Positions 8,787 to 19,006 of a stretch of DNA of 40,800 bases are shown piece after piece (the first letter of the stretch is position 1; each line of letters begins with the position of its first letter). The notes beneath the pieces were generated by a model, which was not told where the DNA came from, did not search any database, and saw only the letters and a list, made by a program, of their open reading frames with translations. Location: NCBI GenBank assembly GCA_963975495.1, contig CAXBID010000001.1:1-40800 (forward strand), read 5' to 3'. The position numbers and the translations under genes were made by a program. Source of the DNA: an uncultured Flavobacteriaceae bacterium (lineage in GTDB: Bacteria > Bacteroidota > Bacteroidia > Flavobacteriales > Flavobacteriaceae).

Positions 8787-9941
8787 ATGAAGAGTTATGA
8801 TAACATTTTTGAGTTATCCAAAAAAATATCCAAAGCCCTGTCAAAAGGAGAAAAACCTGTAGACCTGCAAAAGTTTAAACTGTTTAGTGATAAAACTAAA
8901 GAGCGTATATTCAAAGAATTATCAAAAGAAACTATAGACGCTGAAATAGCAAAGCTTAAGAAGGTTGATGTAGAAAAAGGTTGGGAGAACATGTTACCCA
9001 AATTAAAACCCCAGAAAAAGTTAAGCATATCATCTTTTTATAAAGTGGCCGCCGTTGTGTTTTTGTTTATTTCTATTGCCTATGTAACATTTTATAATAC
9101 CAGACAAACAGAACACCTGAAATCCGTAGGATCTCAAATTATTGCAGGAACCGACAAGGCTATTTTGACACTAGAGGACGGTTCTAAAGTTGCACTTCAA
9201 AAAGATGTTCCTTTTGAAAATGAGTTAGTCAAGAGCAACGGTGAACAGTTAGAATATCAAAATGTCCAGAATCACTCTTATACGGCTTTTAATTATTTGG
9301 CTGTTCCAAGAGGAGGTAAGTATCAATTGGTCTTATCGGACGGTACAAAAGTTTGGTTAAATGCAGATACTAAACTCAAATACCCGGCGGTCTTTAAAAA
9401 GGGAGAAACCCGTAAGGTTGAACTAATGTATGGGGAAGCTTATTTTGATGTGTCTCCTAGTACAAAGCACCAAGGCGTAGGGTTTAATGTCATTTGCAAA
9501 GGACAAGAAGTAGAGGTGGTCGGTACGGAATTCAATATAAAGGCCTATAGTGACGAGCATCACATATATACAACCTTGGTAGAAGGGAAAGTTGGTTTGA
9601 CTCTTGAAAATGGTGAAAAGGAATTCCTGAACCCTAGTGAGCAAACCGTTTTAAATCTACAGACAAAATATCTAACAAAGTCTAAAGTTGATGTGGACTA
9701 TGATGTCGCATGGGTTAGGGGCTATTTTAATTTTAAGGACAAACCATTAAATGACATAATGAAAGTGCTTTCAAGATGGTATGATGTAGAAATATTTTTT
9801 GAATCACCCGAGCTTGAAAAAGTTAAATTCAGTGGCCTGCTAAACAGGAAGCAGAACATTGGAGATATATTAAAAGGAATTCAAAATACAAAATTTATAA
9901 ATGCCTATGGGATAAAAAACAAGACAATTACCATCAAATAA
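8787..9941 (+). CDS. FecR-family anti-sigma factor / signal transducer
   Basis: One central TM segment (VAAVVFLFISIAYVTFY) and the FecR core LSDGTKVWLNADTKLKYP ... VEVVGTEFNIKAY. Confidence 0.85.
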   Translation: MKSYDNIFELSKKISKALSKGEKPVDLQKFKLFSDKTKERIFKELSKETIDAEIAKLKKVDVEKGWENMLPKLKPQKKLSISSFYKVAAVVFLFISIAYVTFYNTRQTEHLKSVGSQIIAGTDKAILTLEDGSKVALQKDVPFENELVKSNGEQLEYQNVQNHSYTAFNYLAVPRGGKYQLVLSDGTKVWLNADTKLKYPAVFKKGETRKVELMYGEAYFDVSPSTKHQGVGFNVICKGQEVEVVGTEFNIKAYSDEHHIYTTLVEGKVGLTLENGEKEFLNPSEQTVLNLQTKYLTKSKVDVDYDVAWVRGYFNFKDKPLNDIMKVLSRWYDVEIFFESPELEKVKFSGLLNRKQNIGDILKGIQNTKFINAYGIKNKTITIK

Positions 9942-10033
9942 AAAGAAAGGGAACAAAGCTGCTACCTCGACAGTATAAAGCTAAATCCCCTTATATCATT
10001 AACTGGTTTTTAAACCAACTAATAAACAAATTT

Positions 10034-13000
10034 ATGAAAATAAAATTAACTAATGCTTTTTCCCTTCATTGGAAAAGGATTTCAAACTTTATTGTGAAAA
10101 CTTTACTATTCTTATGCTGCACAACTGTTTTTAGTCTTAATTCAGATGCCCTGTTTTCGCAGAATGCGAAAGTGGCTATTGATTCAGACAAGACCGTGAC
10201 TATTTTTGAGGTACTGGAATTGATTGGAAATCAAACGGAATGTACATTTGTCTACCAAGCCGATATTTTTCATGATGTACCTAAGATTCAACTTAAAAAA
10301 GGTGTTGTCAAGGTTATAAAACTATTGGCACAATGCCTCCCTGAAGAGGACTTTAATATTGTGACAACTAAAGATAAATACATTACAATTAGCCGAAAAA
10401 AGCCAAAAGTCACAGAACAGGGTAGCATTAAAATTAAAGGAAAAATAATGGATAAGAATGGCATGCCCATAGCCGGTGTAAGCATCCAAATCAAGAACAC
10501 CAATAAGGGCAGTGTATCTAACTTTGATGGTAGCTATACCATTGTGGTACAACCAACCGATGTTTTGGTTTTTTCTTCCCTAGGCTATGAAATGCAAGAA
10601 ATTGTTGTCGGTAATCAAACAATCATTGACGTAACACTTAAAGAAGATGTCACCGACTTAGATGCGGTGACCATTAATGCGGGTTATTATTCCGTAAAGG
10701 AAAAGGAGCTCACCGGAAATATCTCCAGAATAACAGCCAAAGATATAGGACAACAACCTGTAACCAATCCTTTGGCCGCCATGCAAGGTCGTATGCCTGG
10801 AGTGTTCATACAACAGGATTCAGGAATTCCGGGCACGGGCTTTCAGGTGCGTATTCGTGGACGAAATAGTATATCGAGTGGTAATGAGCCTTTGTATATC
10901 ATAGATGGTGTCCCATTCTTTTCAGAAAGTTTGGCCACCTCCAGTCGCAGTGTTATAGCCAATGCTAGTCCGTTGAGCCATATAAATCCATCAGATATTT
11001 CCAGCATAGAAGTGCTTAAAGATGCCGATGCTACCGCCATTTATGGATCACGGGGTGCTAACGGTGTGATTTTAATTACCACTAAAAAAGGAAGTATCGG
11101 TAAAACCACTGTTGATATACAAGTGCAGAATGGGATTGGTAGAGTTGCAAATCGCATAGATTTGCTTAACACCGATCAGTACTTGGAAATGCGCCAAGAA
11201 GCTTTTGCTAATGATGGTGTGCAACCAAATGTGTCGAATGCACCAGATTTATTATTATGGGATGGAACACGAAATGTCGATTGGCAGGATGAATTTTTTG
11301 GTAAAACTTCCTATAACAACAATGTACAACTTTCCATTTCAGGTGGGCAGGAACAAACACAGTTTTCAATTCGAGGTGGGTACTATACCGAAACATCGGT
11401 GTTTCCGGGAGATTTCAACTATAAAAAGTATACCCTAAATTCCAATATCCACCACGCATCCGAAGATAATCGATTCAAAGTGAGCTTCTCCAGTATGATT
11501 GCAAAGGAAGCCAACCAGTTACCAAGGACCGATTTGGTACCTGAGGCATTGTTATTGCCACCGAATACTCCAGAGTTGGTCAATGCAGATGGAAGTCTTT
11601 TGTTTTATGGGGGTATTACAAATCCGTATGCTTATGCCTATCAAAATATATCGGCCGATACAAAGAGTTTTAACGGTAATTTGATGTTGAGTTACCAAGT
11701 GGTGACGAATTTAACGGCCAAAGTAAGTTTCGGCTATAACACTATGGATCGAAAGGATTTACAGTTAACACCGGCAAAATCCATCAATCCCATTTCAACG
11801 ACCCAACCCGCATCAGAGCAGGGTAACGCCACCCGAGATAGCTGGATCATAGAACCACAACTGGAATACAGGAAACAACTCAATAAAAGCACTTTTGAAG
11901 TCCTTTTGGGAACAACGGTTCAACAAACTCAAAAAGAAACCACAATCATTCAAGCCTCAGGTTTTAGTAACGATGCCCTGTTGGAGAATTTAGCAGGTGC
12001 CCCTCAAGTGAGTATCAGTCAATATGACTATGCGGAATATAAATATAATGCCTTTTTTGGAAGGCTCAATTATAGTTATGATGACAAATACTTTATCAAT
12101 TTAACGGGTAGAAGGGATGGAAGCAGTCGGTTTGGTTCCGGTAATCAATTTGCCAATTTTGCCGCTTTAGGTATCGCTTGGCTATGGTCATCAGAACCTT
12201 TTGTACAACAAGCATTTCCATTTTTAAGTCATGGAAAATTAAGAGGTAGTTATGGCACTACAGGTAATGACCAGATTGGTGATTACCAATTTCTGGATAC
12301 GTATTCAGCAACGTCTTTTCCTTTCCAAGGAGCAGCAGGTCTGTATCCAACACGCCTGTTCAATCCGAATTTTGCATGGGAAAAGAACCGTAAGCTGGAA
12401 GCTTCTTTAGAGTTTGGTTTTTTCAAGGATAGAATATTTGCTAGTGCTACTTATTATAACAACCGTTCTGATAATCAACTTATAGGATTGCCATTGCCTA
12501 CAAGTACGGGGTTCAGTAGTATCAATGCTAATTTAGGAGCCTTGGTTGAGAATAAGGGATGGGAATTAGAATTAAGTGTAACACCCGTTAAGAGCCTTCA
12601 TGTGAATTGGGTATCTTCATTTAACATTAGTTTACCTAAAAATACACTTTTGGATTATCCAGATATAGAATCCTCTGTATTTGCCAATCGCTATGAAATA
12701 GGAAGTTCTTTATTTATTCAGCGTAAGCTACATTTTTTAGGCGTAAATACTGAAACTGGGTTGTTGGAATTTGAAGATGTTAATGGTGACGATGCGGTTA
12801 CTATACCCGATGATTATAAGTCAGTTTATGAATTGACCCAACAATATTATGGTGGTTTTCAAAACCATGTAACCTATAAAAACTGGGAATTAGATATTTT
12901 TTTCCAATTTGTAAAACAAGAAGGGATAAGGTATACCCATTTTTCTCCACCAGGTTTTATGAAAAACCAACCTCTTTATGTCATGAATCGTTGGCAATCA

Positions 13001-13300
13001 GAAAGCGATATTACTAATGTGCAACGATTTACACAATCCGGTGAGGCAAGGGCGGTTTATCAAAATGCACAGAACAACTCTGATTACATTTATGGTGATA
13101 CATCATTTATACGATTGAAAAACATTGCATTGTCTTATGACATTCCAATAAAGGAGTCTCCTTTTAAAAAAGCCAGAGTGTATTTACAAGGGCAAAACCT
13201 TTTGACTATTACCAATTATAAAGGACTTGATACGGAAACATCAGTAGTGGGATTGCCACCTTTACAACGCTTCGTACTGGGACTACAATTCACTTTTTAA
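10034..13300 (+). CDS. SusC/RagA-family TonB-dependent outer-membrane transporter with N-terminal signalling extension
   Basis: 1088 aa. The N-terminal extension before the carboxypeptidase-regulatory-like domain (IKGKIMDKNGMPIAGVSIQIKNTNKGSVSNFDGSYTI) is followed by the TonB-box/plug region. The C-terminus ends in F. Confidence 0.9.
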   Translation: MKIKLTNAFSLHWKRISNFIVKTLLFLCCTTVFSLNSDALFSQNAKVAIDSDKTVTIFEVLELIGNQTECTFVYQADIFHDVPKIQLKKGVVKVIKLLAQCLPEEDFNIVTTKDKYITISRKKPKVTEQGSIKIKGKIMDKNGMPIAGVSIQIKNTNKGSVSNFDGSYTIVVQPTDVLVFSSLGYEMQEIVVGNQTIIDVTLKEDVTDLDAVTINAGYYSVKEKELTGNISRITAKDIGQQPVTNPLAAMQGRMPGVFIQQDSGIPGTGFQVRIRGRNSISSGNEPLYIIDGVPFFSESLATSSRSVIANASPLSHINPSDISSIEVLKDADATAIYGSRGANGVILITTKKGSIGKTTVDIQVQNGIGRVANRIDLLNTDQYLEMRQEAFANDGVQPNVSNAPDLLLWDGTRNVDWQDEFFGKTSYNNNVQLSISGGQEQTQFSIRGGYYTETSVFPGDFNYKKYTLNSNIHHASEDNRFKVSFSSMIAKEANQLPRTDLVPEALLLPPNTPELVNADGSLLFYGGITNPYAYAYQNISADTKSFNGNLMLSYQVVTNLTAKVSFGYNTMDRKDLQLTPAKSINPISTTQPASEQGNATRDSWIIEPQLEYRKQLNKSTFEVLLGTTVQQTQKETTIIQASGFSNDALLENLAGAPQVSISQYDYAEYKYNAFFGRLNYSYDDKYFINLTGRRDGSSRFGSGNQFANFAALGIAWLWSSEPFVQQAFPFLSHGKLRGSYGTTGNDQIGDYQFLDTYSATSFPFQGAAGLYPTRLFNPNFAWEKNRKLEASLEFGFFKDRIFASATYYNNRSDNQLIGLPLPTSTGFSSINANLGALVENKGWELELSVTPVKSLHVNWVSSFNISLPKNTLLDYPDIESSVFANRYEIGSSLFIQRKLHFLGVNTETGLLEFEDVNGDDAVTIPDDYKSVYELTQQYYGGFQNHVTYKNWELDIFFQFVKQEGIRYTHFSPPGFMKNQPLYVMNRWQSESDITNVQRFTQSGEARAVYQNAQNNSDYIYGDTSFIRLKNIALSYDIPIKESPFKKARVYLQGQNLLTITNYKGLDTETSVVGLPPLQRFVLGLQFTF

Positions 13301-13316
13301 TTTTAAACTAATTATC

Positions 13317-14735
13317 ATGATAAGTATAAATAATAAACAAAAGTCACTTATAAAATGTTTAAGAATATATAGAATTCAAATCATGGGGCTCATTGTTTGT
13401 ATAGCAATAGCTTCATGCGAATCCTATTTAGAAGTAGAACCTCCAAAAAATGAACTGGTTTCCGAATCCGTCTTTGAAACTGATGCATCAGCCGAATCCG
13501 TAGTAACAGGGATTTATAGCCGAATGATCTACTCATTGGGACTTTATAGTGGTCACAACTCAAGTATTGCAGTATTGTCCGGATTGTATTCCGATGAATT
13601 GGATTATTACGCAGGTAGTAATGCTTTCTATGAAAACACACTCACCCCAGATGACACTTCCATAAGTGTGCGATGGTGGCGGGAGCCCTATTCCTATATC
13701 TATACCTGCAATGTGGTGTTAGAAAATTTAGAGAATAACACGCGACTTTCAGAAAATATTAAAGTACAATTAGAAGGAGAAGTACGTTTTATAAGGGCCT
13801 TTTGTTATTTTTATTTGGTGAATGCCTTTGGGGAAGTGCCCTTGCATTTAACTTCAGATTACGGTACTAATGCCTTACGAGGGCGAAGTTCAGTTGATGC
13901 CATTTATAATCAAATCATCAGTGATTTAAAAAAATCAAGGGAATTATTACCTAATGACTACAGTGTTTCCAATAATGAACGTGTAAGACCAAACAGCCAT
14001 GTAGCTTCCGCTTTATTGTCTCGGGTGTATTTATATACCAAGGAATGGTCATTGGCGGAGCAGTATGCCACCGAGGTAATGGCAAACACCAATACATACG
14101 CTTTGGAGCCGGATTTGGATAAAGCCTTTTTGAAAGGAAGCAGTGAGGCTATCTGGCAGTTATATCCCGTATACCCGGGATTGAATACCATGGATGGATT
14201 TTCATATATAGTGACAACAACCCCACCTCGCGTTATCGCATTAACCTCGAGTTTGGTCGGGGTTTTTGCCCCTGAAGACTTGAGGAGACAACATTGGGTT
14301 AAGAGCATCACCAATGGGACACAAACTTGGTATTATCCCTATAAATATAAGGTTCGGAATTCGACCGTTTTAACCGAATATTCCATTGTACTACGATTAT
14401 CAGAACAGATTCTGATACGAGCCGAGGCAAGAGCGCAATTGGATAAACTAGGATTGGCAAGCAATGATGTCAACACCATAAGAAATAGGGCAGGGCTAAA
14501 TGACCTGTCTGATAGTTTAAGCAAGGAAGACCTATTGGAGGCCATTTATAAGGAAAGGCAATGTGAACTCTTTACGGAATGGGGACATAGATGGTTTGAT
14601 TTGAAACGAACAGATAGAGCCAATCAAGTCCTAGGAACTTCTAAAGTCAATTGGGATGCCATGGATATCTTATTTCCCATTCCCAATGACGAGCTATTGC
14701 GCAACCCTAATATGTCACAAAATACAGGTTATTAA
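13317..14735 (+). CDS. SusD/RagB-family nutrient-binding outer-membrane lipoprotein
   Basis: Lipobox IAIASC, the position directly after the SusC-like gene, and the C-terminal pattern RQCELFTEWGHRWFDLKRT ... FPIPNDELLRNPNMSQNTGY. Alternative start at 13383. Confidence 0.85.
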   Translation: MISINNKQKSLIKCLRIYRIQIMGLIVCIAIASCESYLEVEPPKNELVSESVFETDASAESVVTGIYSRMIYSLGLYSGHNSSIAVLSGLYSDELDYYAGSNAFYENTLTPDDTSISVRWWREPYSYIYTCNVVLENLENNTRLSENIKVQLEGEVRFIRAFCYFYLVNAFGEVPLHLTSDYGTNALRGRSSVDAIYNQIISDLKKSRELLPNDYSVSNNERVRPNSHVASALLSRVYLYTKEWSLAEQYATEVMANTNTYALEPDLDKAFLKGSSEAIWQLYPVYPGLNTMDGFSYIVTTTPPRVIALTSSLVGVFAPEDLRRQHWVKSITNGTQTWYYPYKYKVRNSTVLTEYSIVLRLSEQILIRAEARAQLDKLGLASNDVNTIRNRAGLNDLSDSLSKEDLLEAIYKERQCELFTEWGHRWFDLKRTDRANQVLGTSKVNWDAMDILFPIPNDELLRNPNMSQNTGY

Positions 14736-14741
14736 AATAAA

Positions 14742-16304
14742 ATGAGAAATAAAATGAAATATATAGTCATAGGTAGCCTAATGATGTTGGGAACACTTCA
14801 ACTTGGTGGATGTAAAAAAATAGAAAGTAAAAAAATACATGAGCCAATAGAATCAGAAGCCATAGTTATTACAGGTGAAGTCATTCCAGGAACGGGTACT
14901 AAGGATACGGTGACGATACAATTTGGTAGTGTTATACCCTTCAATAGGAAATATAAAGTACAACAAGAGTCATTAAAATTGGACCGCAACCATAAGTTCA
15001 GTTTTAAGGCAACCCCAGAGCATCCCGTGGAACGTTTTTCCTTGGCATGTGGTCGTAATTATCCCGATACAAAGAACTTGAAATTCAATGATGGTCTGAG
15101 GGAATATTTTATGAGTCCAGGCGATAGCATACATATCACCATCGATCATAGTAAAGCGGAAACACAGGTTAGGTTTTCAGGAAAAGGATCTGCAAAATGC
15201 CAAGTGCGTTGGGAGTCGGATCAAATGATTCGGGGAGATCAGCAAACCAAAACAGTGCAAGCTTATCGACGTATTTTTAAGAACTATGGGAAAGGTATAA
15301 AACGAAAACAACAAGAATTGTATTTTTCAGATTCCTTAATAATTCAGCAATTAAGACTCATAGAGCCGTATAAAAAAGATATGAAGGCCTTAGAAATGGA
15401 CGTACTTAAAGCAGATATCATTGGAGCCACAAAATCAAGATTCTTTTCGATGGACAATACCCTAAGACCCGAAACCATGACAACATCGGAAAGTGACGTT
15501 TATAAGCTGTTGATTGAAGAAGCATGTGCTTCGGAACTTACCGAACAAGCCATGGCCTTAAGTCCCTTTTATGTTGATTTTTTAAACCGTATGGCTATCG
15601 CAGAGTTGGTCGTTGACAACCCTGGGGATTCCATGTACCATTTTTCAAAAATTTACTTAAAACACTTTGGACTACTCTGTTCATTGTTAAGAGAACGCTA
15701 CACAGGCTTGTTGCGAGAAAAATTATTAATTTATAATTTACAAAATATGAAAGTTCAGGATACTTACGGTCTGGAAGAGTGTCTTCAAACAAGTTATGAT
15801 TTAATTCAGAACACCGACTTAAAAGCAATCATAGAAATGATGTATGGACGAAAAATGAGAGGAGCAACGGCTTATAATTTTTCATTACCGGATGTCCACG
15901 GCAATATGGTAAACCTCGAGGACTTTAAAGGAAAGGTTGTATATCTCGACATCTGGTTTACGGGTTGTGGCGGCTGTTTACATTTGGCCGAAGAGGTGGA
16001 TAAAGAGGTATATCCGAAGTTTAAGAATAACCCCGATGTGGTTTTTTTAACCGTTTGTATGGATAAGCAAAAGGAAACATGGCTTAAAAGTGTTGCCACA
16101 GAAAAGTATTGTTTAAAGGAGTATGTGAATCTATATTCAGAAGGTTTAGGGAAAGAGCATCCATTTTTGCAATATTATCAAGTCCAAGGCGGGCCAACAA
16201 CGATGCTTATTGATAGACAAGGACGTATATATTCCGCCGCGCCTCCAAAGCATGATGCCAGTGCGGAGCTTGTGGCGTTAATAGAAGAAGCTTTGGATAA
16301 TTAG
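14742..16304 (+). CDS. Lipoprotein with C-terminal TlpA/thioredoxin-fold domain
   Basis: Signal peptide plus lipobox LQLGGC. C-terminal FSLPDVHGNMVNLEDFKGKVVYLDIWFTGCGGC carries a CxxC motif. The N-terminal ~380 aa are of unknown fold. Confidence 0.7.
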   Translation: MRNKMKYIVIGSLMMLGTLQLGGCKKIESKKIHEPIESEAIVITGEVIPGTGTKDTVTIQFGSVIPFNRKYKVQQESLKLDRNHKFSFKATPEHPVERFSLACGRNYPDTKNLKFNDGLREYFMSPGDSIHITIDHSKAETQVRFSGKGSAKCQVRWESDQMIRGDQQTKTVQAYRRIFKNYGKGIKRKQQELYFSDSLIIQQLRLIEPYKKDMKALEMDVLKADIIGATKSRFFSMDNTLRPETMTTSESDVYKLLIEEACASELTEQAMALSPFYVDFLNRMAIAELVVDNPGDSMYHFSKIYLKHFGLLCSLLRERYTGLLREKLLIYNLQNMKVQDTYGLEECLQTSYDLIQNTDLKAIIEMMYGRKMRGATAYNFSLPDVHGNMVNLEDFKGKVVYLDIWFTGCGGCLHLAEEVDKEVYPKFKNNPDVVFLTVCMDKQKETWLKSVATEKYCLKEYVNLYSEGLGKEHPFLQYYQVQGGPTTMLIDRQGRIYSAAPPKHDASAELVALIEEALDN

Positions 16305-17362
16305 TTCAGTTTAGGAAGCGTCAGGTAGAACATACCTAGATGGTTAGCATACTGTGCTACTAAAATTTGATCTTGAACAATAAAAGTTTGGATCGATTCG
16401 CCTTTAAGTTTTGGTAAATAAAAGCTATATCGGTAGGTGAAGTCTTGAAGGGCATATACATCGATGACATTATATTCAGAAAAGGTATCTTCATTCTCGT
16501 TTTTGGCTTTAAGATTGGAATATATGTAAAGGATATTATCGTAAACGGCGGCCGATTTATTGACCATTAAAGGGGGAGCGGAAAATGTGTAGTGCATTTG
16601 CGCTCCTTTTTTATAATGGCCTACTTGAATTTGCACTTTGGAAATCGTATCGATCGTATTGGCTCTTTTTAATAAGTTTAATTCCGTATCCATAGTGAGG
16701 TATTCATTTCTATAATGATATAAATATATCACCTTATTACTTATTGGATCCGTAAGGATCTTGCCAAGGGTACAGAATACCCCATCGAGTTGTTTGGTCA
16801 ATAGACTTGGCTTAGGGATGATTTTTGAAAAGGTATCCAGTTTTTGTAGATTAAGGATATTCTGTTGCTTGATAGAATCATAGCTTATAGATATAAAGGC
16901 TTGGGGACTTATTAGGTAACCTTGTATGAACCCTAAGCTGTCCATGGGAATGGACCTGAAATAATTAGCATTTAGTTTACTATGAAACATTTTGGGAGTC
17001 AGGCCTTCATAAAGATAAATCCCTGAGGAATCTATTTTTATATTAGCAGCACTCCAAGCAAACTTTTCGGATTTTGGGAGCTTAAGATTATAGAATGACT
17101 TATTTAAGCTTTTTAGATCTACGGTCATGTAATTTGTGAAGTTCCCCTTTTGACATAAATAGACCTTTTTAGATGATTGTCCAACTAATTGATAGCCTTT
17201 AGGGAATTCTAAGGTAGACCATTTTGAATAGGGATGTGGAGGAAACACCCGAATAAATGGATTTTTCAAGTGAATGTAACGCGAAGAGTTTCTATTTAGA
17301 AAAAAAATAATTAGAAAACAGGTTATGAAAAGACCTCCAATTAAAATAAACTTTTGTTTCAT
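16301..17362 (-). CDS. Membrane-anchored hypothetical protein (possibly beta-propeller-like)
   Basis: N-terminal TM helix ILIGGLFITCFLIIFFL, then 330 aa that look beta-rich (aromatic-rich repeats). Family assignment is only a guess. Confidence 0.45.
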   Translation of the reverse strand: MKQKFILIGGLFITCFLIIFFLNRNSSRYIHLKNPFIRVFPPHPYSKWSTLEFPKGYQLVGQSSKKVYLCQKGNFTNYMTVDLKSLNKSFYNLKLPKSEKFAWSAANIKIDSSGIYLYEGLTPKMFHSKLNANYFRSIPMDSLGFIQGYLISPQAFISISYDSIKQQNILNLQKLDTFSKIIPKPSLLTKQLDGVFCTLGKILTDPISNKVIYLYHYRNEYLTMDTELNLLKRANTIDTISKVQIQVGHYKKGAQMHYTFSAPPLMVNKSAAVYDNILYIYSNLKAKNENEDTFSEYNVIDVYALQDFTYRYSFYLPKLKGESIQTFIVQDQILVAQYANHLGMFYLTLPKLN

Positions 17363-17409
17363 AATAAATATAAATTAAAGAAACTGGGAATAAATCCCAG
17401 TTTCATTAT

Positions 17410-17658
17410 TTACAATGGTTTGTATGCCAGTATAGGTTGCTGACATTCAGTGCCCTCTGTTTCTTGGTAAACCGTGTACTCACAGGCATCTCCAAGATTA
17501 AATGGATCACAGATGTTCTCTACCTGACATTCATTGGATGTTGTTTGGCGGTAATAATCCACCAGCGTCTCACTTGAAGACGCATTTTTACTGGCAAAGG
17601 CAGCCACTATAGCAAATAGAAAGGCAACGCTTGCAAACATGATTTTTAATTTTTTCAT
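17410..17658 (-). CDS. Small secreted four-cysteine protein (82 aa)
   Basis: Signal peptide MKKLKIMFASVAFLFAIVAAFA. The mature part has Cys in NEC, NIC, DAC and TEC. It lies next to the MauE/DoxX-like gene. Confidence 0.5.
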   Translation of the reverse strand: MKKLKIMFASVAFLFAIVAAFASKNASSSETLVDYYRQTTSNECQVENICDPFNLGDACEYTVYQETEGTECQQPILAYKPL

Positions 17659-17736
17659 GATATTAAATATTAAAGTTATTCCTACTCTGTTAAAGGTTTT
17701 CGGTTCCCCTTGTTCAACTGTACAATTGAAATTTTT

Positions 17737-18183
17737 TTATGTGTTTTGTATTAATGATGCATTTGTTTTTGGTGGTGTTATTAGAATGCCAATCATGGCA
17801 AGACCTAAAAAAATGACATTGAAGATCAAATGTTCCTGCCACCCCATGTTTTCCAAAATCCCTCCACATGAGCAGGGCACATAATCACTAAATTTAAGTA
17901 TAGCAATAATGTACAAAGTAAAAAGACTCATGAGACCTAAGGCACCATAGAGTGCCACTAACCGGTATTTAGGAATCGCTAGTAACAGCGCTGTGATCAG
18001 CTCTATTATGGGTACCACCCAAGCAACCCATCCGGCAAAAGCAGTTAACAAGGGCGATTGACCAAGTTGAATTTTAAATGTATTAAAATCCAATATTTTA
18101 CTGATGGCAGCATAGGAAAACAAAAAGATGAACAGGAAACAAATGATCTCTATGAAGAGTATATAGTATGGGCGCACTGACAT
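17737..18183 (-). CDS. MauE/DoxX-like integral membrane protein
   Basis: Four predicted TM helices and a CSCGG motif near the C-terminal helix (DYVPCSCGGILENMGW), as I recall for MauE/DoxX redox-associated membrane proteins. Confidence 0.55.
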   Translation of the reverse strand: MSVRPYYILFIEIICFLFIFLFSYAAISKILDFNTFKIQLGQSPLLTAFAGWVAWVVPIIELITALLLAIPKYRLVALYGALGLMSLFTLYIIAILKFSDYVPCSCGGILENMGWQEHLIFNVIFLGLAMIGILITPPKTNASLIQNT

Positions 18184-18340
18184 ATGAAGTATGATATTAA
18201 GTTACGCCGGATGTTGTTTCAGGTTATAAAATTACTTGATATGTTATAGTTAATGGTTGACCATTTGAATACATTTTTTATACAAAACGTCTACTTTTTA
18301 GAATTTGGAATGCCTTATTTTTGTAGGTTACGGTCTTATT

Positions 18341-19006
18341 TTAAATAAATCCTTTTTCACGGGCCTTCTCCAGCAAGGCTAAAGTCTCGCCACCTTCCAC
18401 ATTAAAAATGTCCTTGAGATGTTGTTTGCGTTTGGCGATAGTAGCACGTGATAAAGCCAAGATATCAGCAATTTCATTGAGGTTGGCACCCCTGGATAAA
18501 TAATATAATAGTTTTCTGTCGGTTTTATCGAGTATAAAATCATTACTGATGAATTGACGCATGGATTGTATGACGGTCTTGCTGTAATAAGGCGGATTAT
18601 TGAGGATACGCCAAATAGCAAGCTCCAGTTCCTTAGGGGTCAGATCATTTTTAATAAGGAAACCATCAGGGTTGACCTGTTCAATGATGCTATGGATACG
18701 GTAGTTGTCATTAAAGGTGGTGATGATAACAATTTTGGTAGCTTCGTTTTGGGAACGGATGTGTGCCCCCAGATCTTCACCGGAGTAAAGACCTTCCTGT
18801 TCCAAGGTCGGCATTTGTACATCCAAGAATACCAAGTCGTATTGTTTCCTTTCCAAGGTATTTAAAGCCGAAAGAAAGCTATGCGCAATATCAATCTGAA
18901 ATACAATGTCATTGTCCTTTTGGAAAGCTAAAAACGCGTTTTCATAGGCATTGGTAATTAAGGGATGGTCGTCCACCAGTAAAATGGCGCATTGTTTTTT
19001 AGTCAT
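18341..19006 (-). CDS. Response regulator, NarL/FixJ (LuxR HTH) type
   Basis: Receiver motifs LLVDDHPLI and DLVFLDVQMP. C-terminal LuxR HTH LSRGANLNEIADILALSRATIAKRKQHL. Confidence 0.85.
   Translation of the reverse strand: MTKKQCAILLVDDHPLITNAYENAFLAFQKDNDIVFQIDIAHSFLSALNTLERKQYDLVFLDVQMPTLEQEGLYSGEDLGAHIRSQNEATKIVIITTFNDNYRIHSIIEQVNPDGFLIKNDLTPKELELAIWRILNNPPYYSKTVIQSMRQFISNDFILDKTDRKLLYYLSRGANLNEIADILALSRATIAKRKQHLKDIFNVEGGETLALLEKAREKGFI

Noticed and set aside
10288-11684. Short ORFs on both strands within the SusC-like gene
   Set aside because: They are embedded in a 1088-aa gene with unambiguous family features.
18554-18957. Plus-strand ORFs antisense to the response-regulator gene
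   Set aside because: The minus-strand frame has clear receiver and LuxR HTH motifs. The plus-strand products are unconvincing.
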